Shown piece by piece: positions 51,478 to 64,000 of a stretch of DNA of 64,000 nt. The notes beneath the pieces were generated by a model, which worked only from the letters and a program-made list of their open reading frames with translations, did no database searches and was not told where the DNA came from. The DNA comes from Camelus ferus (Eukaryota). The stretch's first letter is position 1; every line of letters starts with the position of its first letter. The stretch spans positions 52,702,001-52,766,000 of the forward strand of contig NC_045707.1 of assembly GCF_009834535.1 (NCBI RefSeq), given 5' to 3'. The position numbers were made by a program, and so were the translations under genes.

Positions 51478-52604
51478 CGTCTCGGTCAGGGTTCTTTAGA
51501 AAAACAGAAACATTCAAAAACATTTTCTTTTTTTTCTTTTTTGAGAGAGAGAGAGAGAGATTTATTTTAAGGAATTGGCACATGTGACTGCAGGAGCTGA
51601 CAATCCTGAAAGCTGCAGGGCAGGGCAGCAGGCTGGAAATTCAGGTAAAAGCTGACACTGCGTCCTAGGTCTGAAGTGCATGGGGCAGGCCACCCAGGCT
51701 GGAAATTCAGACAGAATTGCAGTCTCGAGACAGAACTGATTCTTCTCTGGGAAATCACCGATTTGGCTCTTAAGGCTTCTAACTGATCAGGTGAGACTCA
51801 CCCCCGCTGTGGGGGTTAACCTGCTTCAGTCAAAGTCTGTTGGTTTAAATGTTAATCGCATCCGAAAAATACCTTCACAGAGCATCTAGACTGATTTTTT
51901 AAAACATTTTTTATTGATTTATAATCATTTTACAATGTTGTGTCAAATTCCAGTGTAGAGCACAATTTTTCAGTTATACATGAACATATATTCATTGTCA
52001 CATTTTCTTCTCTGTGAGATACCACAAGATTTTGTGTGTATTTCCCTCTGCTATACAGTATAATCTTGTTTATCTATTCCACAATTTTGAAATCCCGTCT
52101 ATCCCTTCCCACCCTCCACCCCCTCAGCAACCACAAGTTTGTATTCTATGTCTATGAGTCTATTTCTGTTTTGTATTTATGCTTTGTTTGTTTGTTTTTG
52201 ATTTTTTTTTTTTTTTTTAGATTCCACATATGAGTGATCTCACATGGTATTTTTCTTTCTCTTTTTGGCTTACTTCACTTAGGATGACATTCTCCAGGAG
52301 CATCCATGTTGCTGCAAATGGCGTTATGTTGTCGGTTTTTATGGCTGAGTAGTATTCCATTGTATAAATATACCACATCTTCTTTATCCAGTCACCTGTT
52401 GATGGACATTTAGGCTGTTTTCATGTCTTGGCATTGTAAATAGTGCTGCTATGAACATTGGGGGGTGCAGGTGTCATCCTGAAGTAGGGTTCCTTCTGGA
52501 TATATGCCCAGGAGTGGGATTCCTGGGTCATACTGGACTGATGTTTGACCAAAAAACCACACACCACAGCCCAGTCAAGTTGACCCATAAAATTGACTAT
52601 CACA
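51478..52604 (-). mobile_element. MLT2B-like ERVL LTR, split by an L1
   Basis: gtcagggttctttagaaaaacagaa...(GA)n tttattttaaggaattggc...aatgttaatcgcatc [L1] tgtttgaccaa...agcccagtcaagttgacccataaaattgactatcaca. Confidence 0.88.
51896..52532 (-). mobile_element. 5'-truncated camelid-type L1 (about 640 bp; ORF2 end plus 3' UTR)
   Basis: Antisense L1 hallmarks: tggcttacttcacttag, catccatgttgctgcaaatggc, gtagtattccattgtat, gatggacatttaggctg. TSD ctagactgat/ctggactgat at 51886 and 52533. Confidence 0.93.
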
Positions 52605-52847
52605 CAGGCCTTTAATGATACAGCTTTAAACGCTTATAATTGAACATCTGTGGACAGGCTTTCACCACTGAAAACAGATCTACCATCAGTAGCGGGCACG
52701 CGGGACTGTGAGATTCCACCTGCACTGAGTAACCCGCCTTCCTGAACGACGGCGGAGAACTTCAAAGCCTCACGTCAGTCGTAATGAGACAACAACTAAC
52801 GTGAACTGAGTGCTTACAAGGCACCAGGGTCTATATTAAATATTACA

Positions 52848-53112
52848 GGAAGGGATAAATTTGGGAGATTGAGATTTGCAAATGTTAACCACTATATATA
52901 AAAATAGATTTTAAAAAAACAAATTTCTTCTGTGTAGCACAGGGAACTATATTCATTATCTTATAATAACTGTTAATGAGAAAGAATCTAAAAATGAATA
53001 CATGAATGTTCATGTATGACTATAAACTATTGTGCTGTACACCAGAAATTAACACAACATTGTAAACCAACTATATGTCAATAAATACATATACAGAGAA
53101 AAAAAAAAAAAA
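52848..53112 (+). mobile_element. L1 3' UTR fragment within a MIR remnant
   Basis: agggataaatttgggagattgagatt...tgtagcacagggaactatattca...gctgtacaccagaaattaacacaacattgtaaac followed by an A tract. Confidence 0.85.
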
Positions 53113-53304
53113 CAAAGGCTTAGAGAGTTTGACTTTGTCCAAACCCAAAGAAAAGAATTAATATATTTTCTATACTATGTGCAAATTTCCTCCACGTATT
53201 CTGCCCTCCAAGTTACGTAGTATTTACAAAGCACACACTTGACTGCACCATCGGGTAAGCTACCTAACCCCTCCATGTACGCGTGTCTAACAGAGACGGG
53301 AGAT

Positions 53305-53520
53305 CTATGTCATTATACTTTTGTCCAAAATAAGGTGAACTGTGGACTTTGGTGATTATGATGTGTCAAAAAATGTCCATCCTTAGTTTAAAAAAGAGCA
53401 TCACTCTGGTAAATAAAAATAAGAAATATGCATGTGTGTGGAGAGAGGCTGTGTGGGGAATTTCTGTACCTTCCTGTCAGTTTTGTTGTCAACCTAAAAC
53501 TGCTCAAAAAAAAAAATGTC
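53305..53520 (+). mobile_element. L1MC-like 3' end
   Basis: tgtggactttggtgattatgatgtgtcaa...gggaatttctgtaccttcc...cctaaaactgctcaaaaaaa. Confidence 0.75.
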
Positions 53521-54127
53521 TTAAAAAGAAGAAGCCTCAAGATAGATATTTTTGGCAAAACTTTGGTTTCAGTTATATGCATATATTACATATGTGTGTG
53601 TTTGCTGGATTGTGATGTAAAATGTATTTTTTAGGTCAAAAAACTTTGTAAGCCACTGTAGTTAAGTTACACTGGCAAATAAAAGTAAAAATTAACCTCA
53701 AAAAAAAAAGTAATGAAAGAAAAACAGTTCTGCTGAATAAAAGATATCTTTAGGTCCTTTCTTTTTAGACCACGATTTGCCCGCTATGACTGAATGTTAG
53801 CATCGTTTGGGAGGCTTCTGAAGAAACGTGCCAGCACTGAGCCCTTCCCCAGAGCAGCTGTGACAGTGCCTCCAGGACCACGCCGTGCTCTGCCCGCTCT
53901 TCCTGTGCGGTGGCCACAGTCAGGACGCGCTCAGTAACCAGGGACCGTACCTCCCAGGCTTCTTTGCAGCCGGTTGAGTCCATAGTTAGTGGAATGTGAG
54001 CAGAAGCGATGAGCCACCTCGGTCCTTCCATGCAATGAGCCTCCTCTCCGCGGTCTTTGACTTTGGCTGATAGGAGCCCAGACGTAGACGTCTAACCTTG
54101 ACCACACCGATGATTCAGAGACCCAGG

Positions 54128-54354
54128 CCCATGCTGTCCAAAACAGTCACTGCTCACCGTGCATAGCTACCTAAATTTAAATGAAATAAATTAAAATTAA
54201 AGATTAAATCAAAATAACAATTTGGTTCCTCAGTCACACTGGCCACTGTTTGAGCACTAAAGTGACAAAACTGAAATAGTGAGTGACCGTCAGAGCAGCA
54301 CATATGAATATAGAATATTTCCACCACCATGGGGAGTTCCCTTGGGCAGCCCTG
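54128..54354. mobile_element. MER3/MER33-like hAT-Charlie element
   Basis: Ends tgctgtccaa...ttgggcagc, with internal ttcctcagtcacactggccac and atagaatatttccaccacc. Confidence 0.7.
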
Positions 54355-54747
54355 TTCTAGGAGGTGGATTATCTGCAAGACAGACCCATGAACCCCACAG
54401 GGGGTGACCCGCCCCAAGCTACACCAATGAAATACACTTTATTAAACCTCAACATTGGGGGAGGGGCTGTTTGTTACAGCACTCTTGCTCATGCTAGCTT
54501 TCAAACCTGTACAATCTAATTTTCTACGGATGACGTCTATGTTTCAGTATTAAACACATAAATAAGCCAGAGGACTTAGTTGTACAACTAAGATTGAGCA
54601 TTCCTGACGCACCGTTTATCCGGTCCTGCTCTGTGCTGCCAGCACCCAGCGCGACGATGGTGCCTGGTCGCTGAATACATGGAGATTATTCCTGGGACAG
54701 CTTACCATCAGGAAACAGTAAAAATGCACCACAAGAGAGGTGAGAGG

Positions 54748-54905
54748 GGTTTTTTGGGTTTTTTGTTTTGTTTTTTGGCTGAGGAGGAAGTAATGAGGTT
54801 TTTATTTATTTAGTTACTTATTTATTCATATGGAGGGACTGGGGATTGAACCCAGGACCTCGTGCATGCTAAGCACGTGCTCTACCACGAGCTCTACCCT
54901 CCCCC
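54748..54905 (-). mobile_element. tRNA-derived camelid SINE (Vic-type)
   Basis: The minus strand reads GGGGGAGGGTAGAGCTCGTGGTAGAGCACGTGCTTAGCATGCACGAGGTCCTGGGTTCAATCCCCAG (Pol III A and B boxes) followed by an A-rich tail. Confidence 0.88.
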
Positions 54906-57900
54906 TCCCCCCAGTGAAGGATCTTTGAGGATCTGGTCTGATGGCAGTTATCCTGAGCAATGCAGGGCTTACCTGTTTGGTCGCACCGCTGCCTGCACCC
55001 CTCCATGAGACACTGCGGTTTCCTCCTCCACTTTCTCTGTTACACCCACAGGGTAAGGAGAGCCCTGTCTCCCAGCCTTTATCACGCAGCCGTTTATTTC
55101 TATTTACTTGACTTTCCCTCACACATTAAACACTTCTCTGAAGTTTTTATAGTCACAAACTACACTTCTAATAAATCCCCTTTCTCTGGCACGCTGGCCC
55201 TGCGAGCACCAACAGCTTTCTTCAACGGATGGAGGGAAGCCCTTCAGCACATCAGCAAAGTGGCAGCTCCAAGCTCTTGTCTCAATAAAATGTCAAAAAC
55301 AACAACAGATTTGTCAGAACCAACTTTCCAGAACTCTAGCAAATACTGTAGTTTGCAACAACCAAGAAAAAGACAACTTAGAAACGGTCAGAAATCTTAG
55401 TGACATTCTTACCCACCCCTCACCCCCCCTGCCTAAAGCTGGTCCCTGTCACTGCGCGGTGTCAGGGTTTACGTGTTCACCCCAGGGAGTGCCTGATACA
55501 ATTCCTAACATGGAACACTGTTCTCAATGAGTAAGTGTTGAATTAAATAATGCACAAATGCAAAATATTGACAAAACTACAGACACTCATATCCTGAGCC
55601 TCCAAGGAGTAGCCTGTACAAGCCAAGTCAGCTCACGCTGTCACAGGGCCCCCTCCCTCCTTCCCTCCCTCTCTCTCTCACACACACACACATTTTATTT
55701 CTTGCCTACTTCTTCCAATTCCATTCCAAGCGTGACAGCAGTAGAATCACAGGAAAAATTAGGAGAGTGTGATTGGACACAGTAAAATTCTAAAACAATC
55801 GCATTGTCAAAAAAGGAGTATCTTAGAAGCTCAAGACAGAAGATGATTAATGTCCAAAGACCAAAAGTCACACTCAGGTGGAAATGAGAGTGCACAAAAC
55901 ACGGCTCACGGCCAGAAAACACAAGAGCAAGGGGAAGGGATGTAAGAATAGTGACTGCCAACGTAGAAGGAAAATCTGGGAAGATTTAGGAGGCTATAAA
56001 GCTCACAGTTGAGGGGAAAGTCTATTCCACTGTATTTTAGTACTCAACCCGTGAAATGCCGGCACTTATAATATCCTACAAAAATAACCAATAGCTCCCA
56101 GAGACATAGAAGGAATAGACGGGGGAAGATGAAGTGCTATTATTTACCTGTAAAATTCTAGCAATAAATATTTGATGATTGATTGATACATTAGTTCATG
56201 AATTCTTAAAAAGTGACTAAAGCCATGTATGCAGGGCTCAAGTAAAGGAAAAGAAAAAGGTCTTGGGGAGAAACCAGGATTTACGCTGTCGCTGGGTTCA
56301 ATAACACACTAAGCATGGAAACTGAGAAAGGGAAATTGCAGAGGGACAGGAGAGGGAACGAAAAAACACCCCAGGGTTCCTGGGATGAGGCAGAGTGCCC
56401 TGAAGAATGAGGATGGAACCGGGTGGTTCTGTCAAGAAAAAGTACTGAATCGAGTTAAGTTTGGGGTTGTTAAAACAATGAAGCACAGTTAAAATTATAA
56501 CCCATAGAAGCAAAATTGCCAGTAAACTACATTCTAGGAAGGTTAGGGCTGAGGCTGATGTCCTGTGGCAAATGACATTATTAATTCTGCTTTATTTCTG
56601 AAGACTTTGAAACATACGAGTTAATATTCTAAAAAGCGAAGAACATGCAGATTGTTAGAAAAGAGGCACAATTTTTCGCTTTTTAAAGAAATAACTAATT
56701 CGTCTCCGCAGTAGACAGAGCCTTCCTTCCACAGATTCGGAAACAGAGCTGAAAATGGACTACAGTGAACTAGAGGAACACAAATGCATCTGCACAATTA
56801 TCGGCAGTAACAAAACATATTAAATTAGAGCCTTTTCTAAGGAGTATAGCAGACAAGTTAATATTGGAATTCCAAGGATTCCTGCTGCTTCTTTTCTTTC
56901 TTTCTTTGTTTTTCTCCCCCAGAGTTTGGTTGTTTTGTTTAAGAAGTATTACCGCTTATGGTAAAAAGACTGATGTAAATTTGAAAGAATGTTACCCTCG
57001 GGAACAGGATGCTTGGGTAACACGATGCAGGCTCATGCAGAGCAGAACCAGGATGTCGAAACTGTATCCCCCCAAGATCATCCTTCTTATAAAAGTCTAT
57101 TTTGTATGCTTTTTGGGAAAAACTCTAAGTACAAAGTCATCCCCACTGTTAATAATAAATCATGACTGTAATTTTCCTTTTCTTCTTGTTTCTTAGGAAG
57201 CTGTGTTGTCAAAACCAGTTAAGGAGCCTTGTGCTTAAATTTAACTTGCAAATACCAAAAACCTGAGCTAACCTGGGGTTGGGTTTAACAGTAAGATCGA
57301 CTTTCCTGCAACTGAACCACATAGAAGATTTTATTATTCAACAAGTTCTGAAAAAATGTCGGTGTGGTGAGCCAGGCAAAAACGCCAGAGACTCTGAACG
57401 CACGTGCTTTAACAAGCTGGGCGACAAAGAGGAAAATCACAAACTAAGCCAAATCCAAGGAATCCCAAATCCGTCTCTGTGGCTGTCAGAGTGTTGCTCA
57501 CGCATGCCCACGGCACTTTGAAGAGGTTAAGTAAATAATATTTTGGAGAAGCACAAAGATTGAACATCAATAAAGTGCCTGATAGGGAAGCTGGGAGTCA
57601 CATGGAGCCTCATTATAATTTCTCCACTTTTACACACTCAGCTCTCCCTCAATTAAAATGCCCCAAAGGCTGAGAGGCATGTAGGGGAATGAAAACACTC
57701 GCTGAACCAGACTGTTCTTTTATGAAACGTTCCATATCTTGTTTCATGATTTATCCTCTTGACCTCACGTCTCCATGTCTCTTCTCAGCCTCTGTGTATA
57801 GATTCTTGTCTTAAACCCACTTGAAATCATATCTCCACTTTGTTAAAAAGCAAAATCCAACGTGGGTGAGGGTTTACGGCTGTATCTTCTGGAGAGGTAA

Positions 57901-59081
57901 GATAGTAGCAATCCAAGGTCAGGCCTCAAAATTCCTGGTCCTCCCACCCACGGCCAGAGGTCGTCTCTCCTGAAGGTTCTCGATGAGTCGTCTGGATTCA
58001 CTAAGAAAGTTTCCACTTTCCATTACTTCTTCTCTAATAAATCCCAAGTAAAGTTGCATTTTTCACGCTGTAGCTGTTGAATTTACTCATGAAATAGCAG
58101 GACATGTCAAAGAACTGAGTCTGCATATTTCACAGTGTAATCAAACAAACCTGTTCATTATTAGAGGCCATTTTTATGAAGCCAGGGTGTAACGAGAACA
58201 ACAAAAAAGTGCAACAAAACAGAGAAGTTCACCAGAGGTTCAAGGACACCTCCAGGACTTGGGAACAAACTTGCCTCCCATCTTTGTAAAAAGACACGTG
58301 CTGATCACAGAGCACAGAGACACGTGGCCAGAAAGAGTCTAAAAAATCAGCAAAGACTCATCCCAAAATGATACGGAAAATATTTTCTTTGAAAAATCCT
58401 TTGCTATGTGAGTTGAAACCCATTTTTTTCAAGTGGTTAGACTTTCCGGGCCTTAGACCTGCCACCACACCCTACATCAAACCTTCCTAGTTTAACTAAC
58501 CCTGGGGACTCCCAGGACTGGGACTGGCCCCACTTGGCAGCTGTCTATTGTGAGGGACGCAGGACAGAAAGCTCCGCCCACCAGGCACCGTCCTCAGGGG
58601 GCCAGTCCTCACAATGGTCCACTTTGCCATCTGGGATCTGCTCTCCCGGGCTCTCCAGGTGGTGGCTCACCTGTCAGGAAACAGGACTCACAGTGACCAA
58701 GCACAGGGACTTCCCAGCTTAGAAGATTCAGGCCACCCAGGAGCCAACCCTTTTGTAACAACTTCATAGGCGTTACCTCCAGGGTCTCTGCGAGGAATGT
58801 GCCCAGTTACAAGAGTCCCCATGTTCAGGGAAGCCCAACACTGATCTCCCACAAGGTGTTTATGGTTCAATGCAGTCCGCCAGTCAGGGGTCACTTAACC
58901 TGGGAACGGTTGCTTTAAGCGTGATGCCTAATCCAGCCAGGCTGCTGGCGGGACAAGTCAGAGTAACTGGTGGTCACGTGCTCATTCAAAAGAGGAGATT
59001 TTCTTAACCTTTTACTCAAGTTGGCATTTCCCAAAGAGAGGTGTGTGGAGCAGTTGTTTCCCTTGTGATGTGTGCAACACG

Positions 59082-59222
59082 GGAAAAGGGGGGGAAGGAA
59101 GGAAAGAAGGAAGGGGAGAAGGAAGGAAAGGAAGAGGAAGGGAAGGAGGGAGGGAGGGAGGAGGTCAGTGTGATGAAAGGAAAGAGGAACAAAGGAAGGA
59201 AAGAGAGAGACAAAGACAAAGA
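59082..59222. repeat. Polypurine (GGAA/GGAG) low-complexity tract
   Basis: Mostly A/G on the + strand. Confidence 0.85.
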
Positions 59223-61510
59223 TTTGTTGGCAAACACCCGCTAAGCTTCGTATGTTAATATGAACTTTGAAACTCTTAGAGGAATTTCCCCTACTCGTGT
59301 GATCCCTGCATACCACATGCACAGGTCGGACCACGAATCTGCAGGATGCCTCACATCCTTTATTTAGCAAAAATCCTCCCTGTTCAGGGCCCTTTTACTA
59401 AACCTGGCGTGTGATGCGAGTGCACGTGACCCAGGAGCATTACAGAGGATGTTCAAGTTAAAAGGACTTCCTTGCTTCTTCTGTGTTGGCTGGGTTCTGC
59501 CACTGATCCTCACTCAACTCTTGAAATTTTCTTGGATTCACAGCTGTCTCCTGATTTGAATTCTGCCTAGAAAAATTGAGAATCTAAACAAGCCAATCAG
59601 GGTGGGGGGATGGGGCGGGAAAACAGACCTGAAATCAACTGAAATAAATCATTTTGGTTTTACCCCATGGGACTGCACAGAAATAGAACTTAACGTGCAT
59701 TAAATGAGAGTGACTGGTGGGGAACCTGGGGCAATTTAAGACTCTGTAAGACAGAAAATCTAAATTAGAGGAAGTGAGCAAATCTGCAAATTCAGAACAT
59801 AAAATGGGGACAAAAAATGCAACTCTGTTAGGCACAGGTTCCAAGCGAGCATCTCACTGTCCTCAGCGAAAGTGCACGTAGCATCTCAGGGACTTTGTGT
59901 GTGCTGCCCCCAGGACAGGTTTTTCAAATGGCTGGTTGTTTTTTAAACCAGAGAAGCCCACAAAAATGTATGCATGAGAACTTGAATTTGTGGAGGAAAT
60001 GAATTTCCATGCATAAATGACGCTGCGGCATTGAAGAGGTCTTCAACTCCTTCACAAAAGCTCCTTTTATTTTTTCAATAGTAATTCAATTAAAGAATCA
60101 ACTAAACAGCAAAGGCTTCTCCCCATGGCATGTGTAACCAAATGACGGACCCAGGGAGGTCAGTGTTGACACGGCTTTTAGACGTGATCCCCAGCAGCCC
60201 GCTACGACCACGCACATCAGACCTGCCTTCTCCTCTGAGGACCAGCACCAAAGCCGAGGTTACAGCTGCGTATTTCAAACCCTGATCAGTGGAGAACCCT
60301 GAGTGTTGACGCAAATATAAACACGGGCCATAAATAATATATATTTAGCCATATAAAGGGAACCACACTGTTCAGGATGCAGGGCACTGTCTGCATTTAC
60401 AAGCTGCTTTGCTTGAAGAGCCTCTGAGACTAAGGGATGAATAAAATATTCCAGCCAACTAGGAAAGTAGGTGCGGTGCGTATGGGAAAGCACCGTAGCT
60501 GACTGCCCTGATTACCGAAGGGCGAGTCACTGCTATGTCCCCTAATAAAAGTCAGGGCTGTATTTCACCGAGCGAAGCCAGCGCACTATCCAGGGTCCAG
60601 CGGTTTAAGGGCTATGGGTAAAACAACAACGAATTAATCACTGGGGAGCGGTAGAATTCTGCAACACTTTCTGGCTAAAAGCAGGACAGCCCTTTATTAT
60701 GCTGCCCAGAGAGGAAGCCAGTCTCCCCCCACCCAACCCCTCGTGGGCCGGGGGCAGAGTTTTCATCCACTTCTCAGCTCTGGTTTTGTTCTGAGGCCAC
60801 TTAATGTGATCGTGATGAAGGAAACCCAAGTCTCTTAGAGAAAAGGACAGAACGGAGTAACAGGTCTCCCTCCTCCATCGCGAGTTCGGAAGTCCCCACT
60901 TCCGGGAAGGCAGAACCAATCTGCCTGAGGAGGCCTGAGTCAGGCCCCCGCGCGGCTGGCCTGTGCCGGGAAGCTCAGCATAAGTGAAGGAGGCGTGTGC
61001 CGAGCACCAAGCAGTCACGGCCCAGGAGCCAGGCTGAGCCTTAGCCAGGTGGACAGAAGACCGGTTGCTAATTCTTCCCCAGGGGAGCCAGGCTGACCTT
61101 GGAGGTGTCAGAGATGGGCAGGGTCAGTGCAGACGGCTGGCCAGGCAGAGGCCTGTTCAACAAGCCAAAATCAGGGCCGGGTCAGGGGTCAAAGGCCCCC
61201 TCCAATCTGGACAGAGATACATTTACTATATGGAGTCTTAATATCCAGTTTTTGGAGAATCTTGACCCTAAATTGGGGTCTAGGTGTGTTCAAGCATTCC
61301 TCAGAAGTGTGACAGAAAATGCAGACAGGGGCCACCATCTCCGGATTTCCAAGGGTCCCTCTGAGGAAGTGACCTGTGAGCTGAGGCCTGAGAGTTGAGA
61401 TGGATTCATGGAAAGTGGGAGCAGTGCAGATGGGGTGAGCTGGAGTTCCAAGGAAGAGCACCTGCAGAAAGTTCCACAGAGCAAGGGGACCAGTGAGTTC
61501 AAGGTAGGTT

Positions 61511-62138
61511 TGTTACCACACCCAACTCAGCTCCACTCACTGGAAGGCAGCAGAGCCAGTCTGCGGCGCCCATGGTGGTGAAGGGAAGTGCAGTGTTTAT
61601 TCGCAGGCGCCAAGGAGGGAGAACGGGCAGCTGGTGCTCAGAAGATCCGAACTCCCCGAGGGCTTGCAGGCAACGGCTTTAAAGGAAACATTAGAAGGGA
61701 GGGTCGCTGGACCTTCCTTTGATTGGTTGGCAGCGTGGCAACAGGGTGATGTTTCAGGCATCTCAATGCTCAGCCTTCTGATTCCAGCCAATCTGGATGC
61801 ACGTGCTTGTGATCAGCAGTTTCTATATGTTTGGTCCTGGTTTCTGTAAAACCCAAGGATATGCATCAGACAGTTGTCTGTATCCTTTCCAGGAAGAATT
61901 AGGAGTCCTGTGACTCTGTTTTATGGCTGAACTGTTGTTCAAGCTACTATGGCTTTTCTTGCTTGACTGATTTTCCTGTGTTAACGCATTTCCTCACTTC
62001 CCAAATTCGTATCTGCCTGGACCTGCTCTTTGGAACTCGGGAAAGACTAGGAGACTAAAGCTTTTTCTAGAAACAAGGGGCATAGGAGACTGAGGGGCTT
62101 GTATTTGGGAAGGGCCCACAGTGTCCTGCTCGGTTTCA
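61511..62138 (-). mobile_element. ERV1-class solo LTR
   Basis: TG...CA termini (minus strand TGAAACCGAGCAGGAC...GTAACA), minus-strand CCAAT (~61722), TTTAAA (~61678) and AATAAA (~61596), and flanks ggtt/agtt. Confidence 0.85.
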
Positions 62139-62989
62139 AGTTGAAGGACAGACAGGAATTGGAGAGAAAATAGATCCGAGAGAGGGGCAGGAACAATCAG
62201 TGAGCCCTGCAGCAGAGGACAAGAGGTTGGGGAGAATTTATTTCCTTTCTTCTCATCCTTCCCGAGACCCACAAAGGGGAGATGTGACGGATGGAGGAGA
62301 GAGAACAGAGGGCACAGGGCGGGCTATTCAGCACCTTTGATTCCAGGCACAAATTCTGTTCATTTTTATAGCATCTCTCTTGCAAATAATTAACAGTGGT
62401 TGGATATAACTGAGGGCCATACCGTTGCCACTGAGCTAAACACCACAAGCCCTCAGAGAGAACATACAATGACATCAGCTTCTGGAACCTCCCTCCCTCC
62501 CTCCCATCTCTTTAGAGGAACTTGACATGCACATTTTTCAACCCCCGGCACTGGCATTTTCCACCAAATATTCCAACCAGTATTTTCCACGATCCCTAGA
62601 AAAACATTCTTGCTCACTGGTCTTGTTCACCTGAAATCCCTCTTCCTGCAGATTTGTCCTGGGTACCTTCCAAGTTGACGATTAGAAATTACTCTGTGTT
62701 ACAAAGTGGAACTAGAAACGGTGTCGCTGGAAAACGTGTTTCCCCAGTCGGCCCCCGAGAGGGGACCTTCTCTCCTGTGTTGTTAGTTTCCATGCTGTTT
62801 GTCAACCTGCTACACGCCCCCCCCGATCCCGTTCTCTGTCTTCATGCTCACTGAGCTCAGTTTTCCCCTCGCCACACGTGAGAGCCCCAGCTGTCCTCCC
62901 TTGTTTGGGGAAGTTCTGAGGCTAAAGTGTCATTAGCCAGAGAGAGGAGACCGTATGAAGTCAGGCAGGGGAGGAACTTATCTGTTAAT

Positions 62990-63130
62990 CCCAGCCCATC
63001 CTCTGATTTTACAAAAGAGGAAGGTGGAATCTGAGGAAGTAAGTGGCTCCCTCGACGCTTTCCTGTAGCGTGGAGGCAGAACAGGGTCCGAGCCGTCGCA
63101 GACCCCGGTCCAACTGTCTGTGCTCTTCAC
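62990..63130 (-). mobile_element. MIR fragment
   Basis: gattttacaaaagaggaaggtggaatctgaggaagtaagtggctccc. Confidence 0.5.
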
Positions 63131-64000
63131 CCGAGTGAACGACATGTGGTCACACAAGGGACAGTCTCCCAGGCTGGGCGAGTGGGAGGCAGAGGGACGA
63201 GACGGTGGTGACAGGGGGAGGGTCTTTGCACTCTCAGGAGACAAGTCTCCACTCCTGAGGACCCTTGGTGAGGCCACCAGACACAGGGAGGTGAGCTTTG
63301 TAGAAACGCAGGGTAATTTTTTGACTTTCCAAAGCATCCTGGTCCTCATGCTCATTTGCCTCCACTCTCTTTTCCCCTTGTTACTCTGGACGCTCCGTCC
63401 CTCCCGGCTGCTCCACTGCCCTGGCCGAAAACGGGGTGAGGAACATGAAACCACGGGAGACACCTGACATCTTTAAGGTCCCAGTTTTGTTTGATGACAA
63501 GCAATTTAAAACATCACTACTAAAACAAACATGGGGTATTTTACAAGAAAGAATAACATATTCAACTGAATTTTTAAGATGAAAAATGAGACTTCAAAAT
63601 AATTTCTGACTTGAAGAGGGTCTCTCTGAGCTGCTTCTGTTACTGCCCGCCCCCAGAGGGTATGAGTTCATTCCCCTCTGTAAGAGTTTGAAGGCTGAGG
63701 AGAACATCTAATTAAAGAAAAACAAACTAAAAAGAAAACAAACAGCAGCTGGTAGGAAGTATTCGAACCAAATGAATAATGGTCTAATTCACATTTTTAT
63801 GGTGATCCTTTTTGGATCTCAAAATTATAAAACCATATGAATTCAAAAGTCCATGTATTTTTTTTAAACCTTATAAATGAAAAATAGCCTTTCACATCTG
63901 CTTCACAGTTTCCTCTGGGGATGTGTCAGTTCTGAGATTTTGTAACGGCCTAGAGGCAGACAGTCCAACCCCCGTCTGACACCAGGTCTGTCAGCCCTGC

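Noticed and set aside
53100..53175. Possible L1 3' transduction after the A tract
   Set aside because: The downstream sequence (aggcttagagag...gactttgtccaa) is better explained as the continuation of the host MIR. No convincing distal TSD.
54838..54905. tRNA gene
   Set aside because: A/B boxes are followed by a SINE body and A-rich tail with no proper acceptor stem. It is a tRNA-derived SINE, as is the copy near 34340.
57197..57290. Possible exon (pyrimidine tract+AG ... ACA|GTAAGA)
   Set aside because: Stops in all three frames, a weak donor and no partner exons. It cannot be supported without RNA data.

Overview
64 kb of eutherian non-coding DNA (gene desert or large intron). It is most likely camelid, inferred from tRNA-derived Vic-type SINEs and camelid-type L1 3' ends recognised from memory, not from a database search. 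I found no convincing protein-coding exon, rRNA, genuine tRNA or CRISPR array, and most listed ORFs are chance or repeat-derived. The window is a mosaic of old MIR/L2/L1M/MLT/MER elements, several ERV1 solo LTRs, short L1 and SINE insertions with visible target-site duplications (TSDs), simple repeats and some motif-dense unique segments that look like enhancers. The most notable observation is a 27-copy 18-bp minisatellite (597-1082) whose unit is essentially a CTCF core motif. Five units carry a near-perfect CCGCCAGGGGGCGCTG, all on the same strand, making it a candidate copy-number-variable, methylation-sensitive insulator or loop anchor. Repeat family names are by-eye assignments, and boundaries of old elements are approximate.
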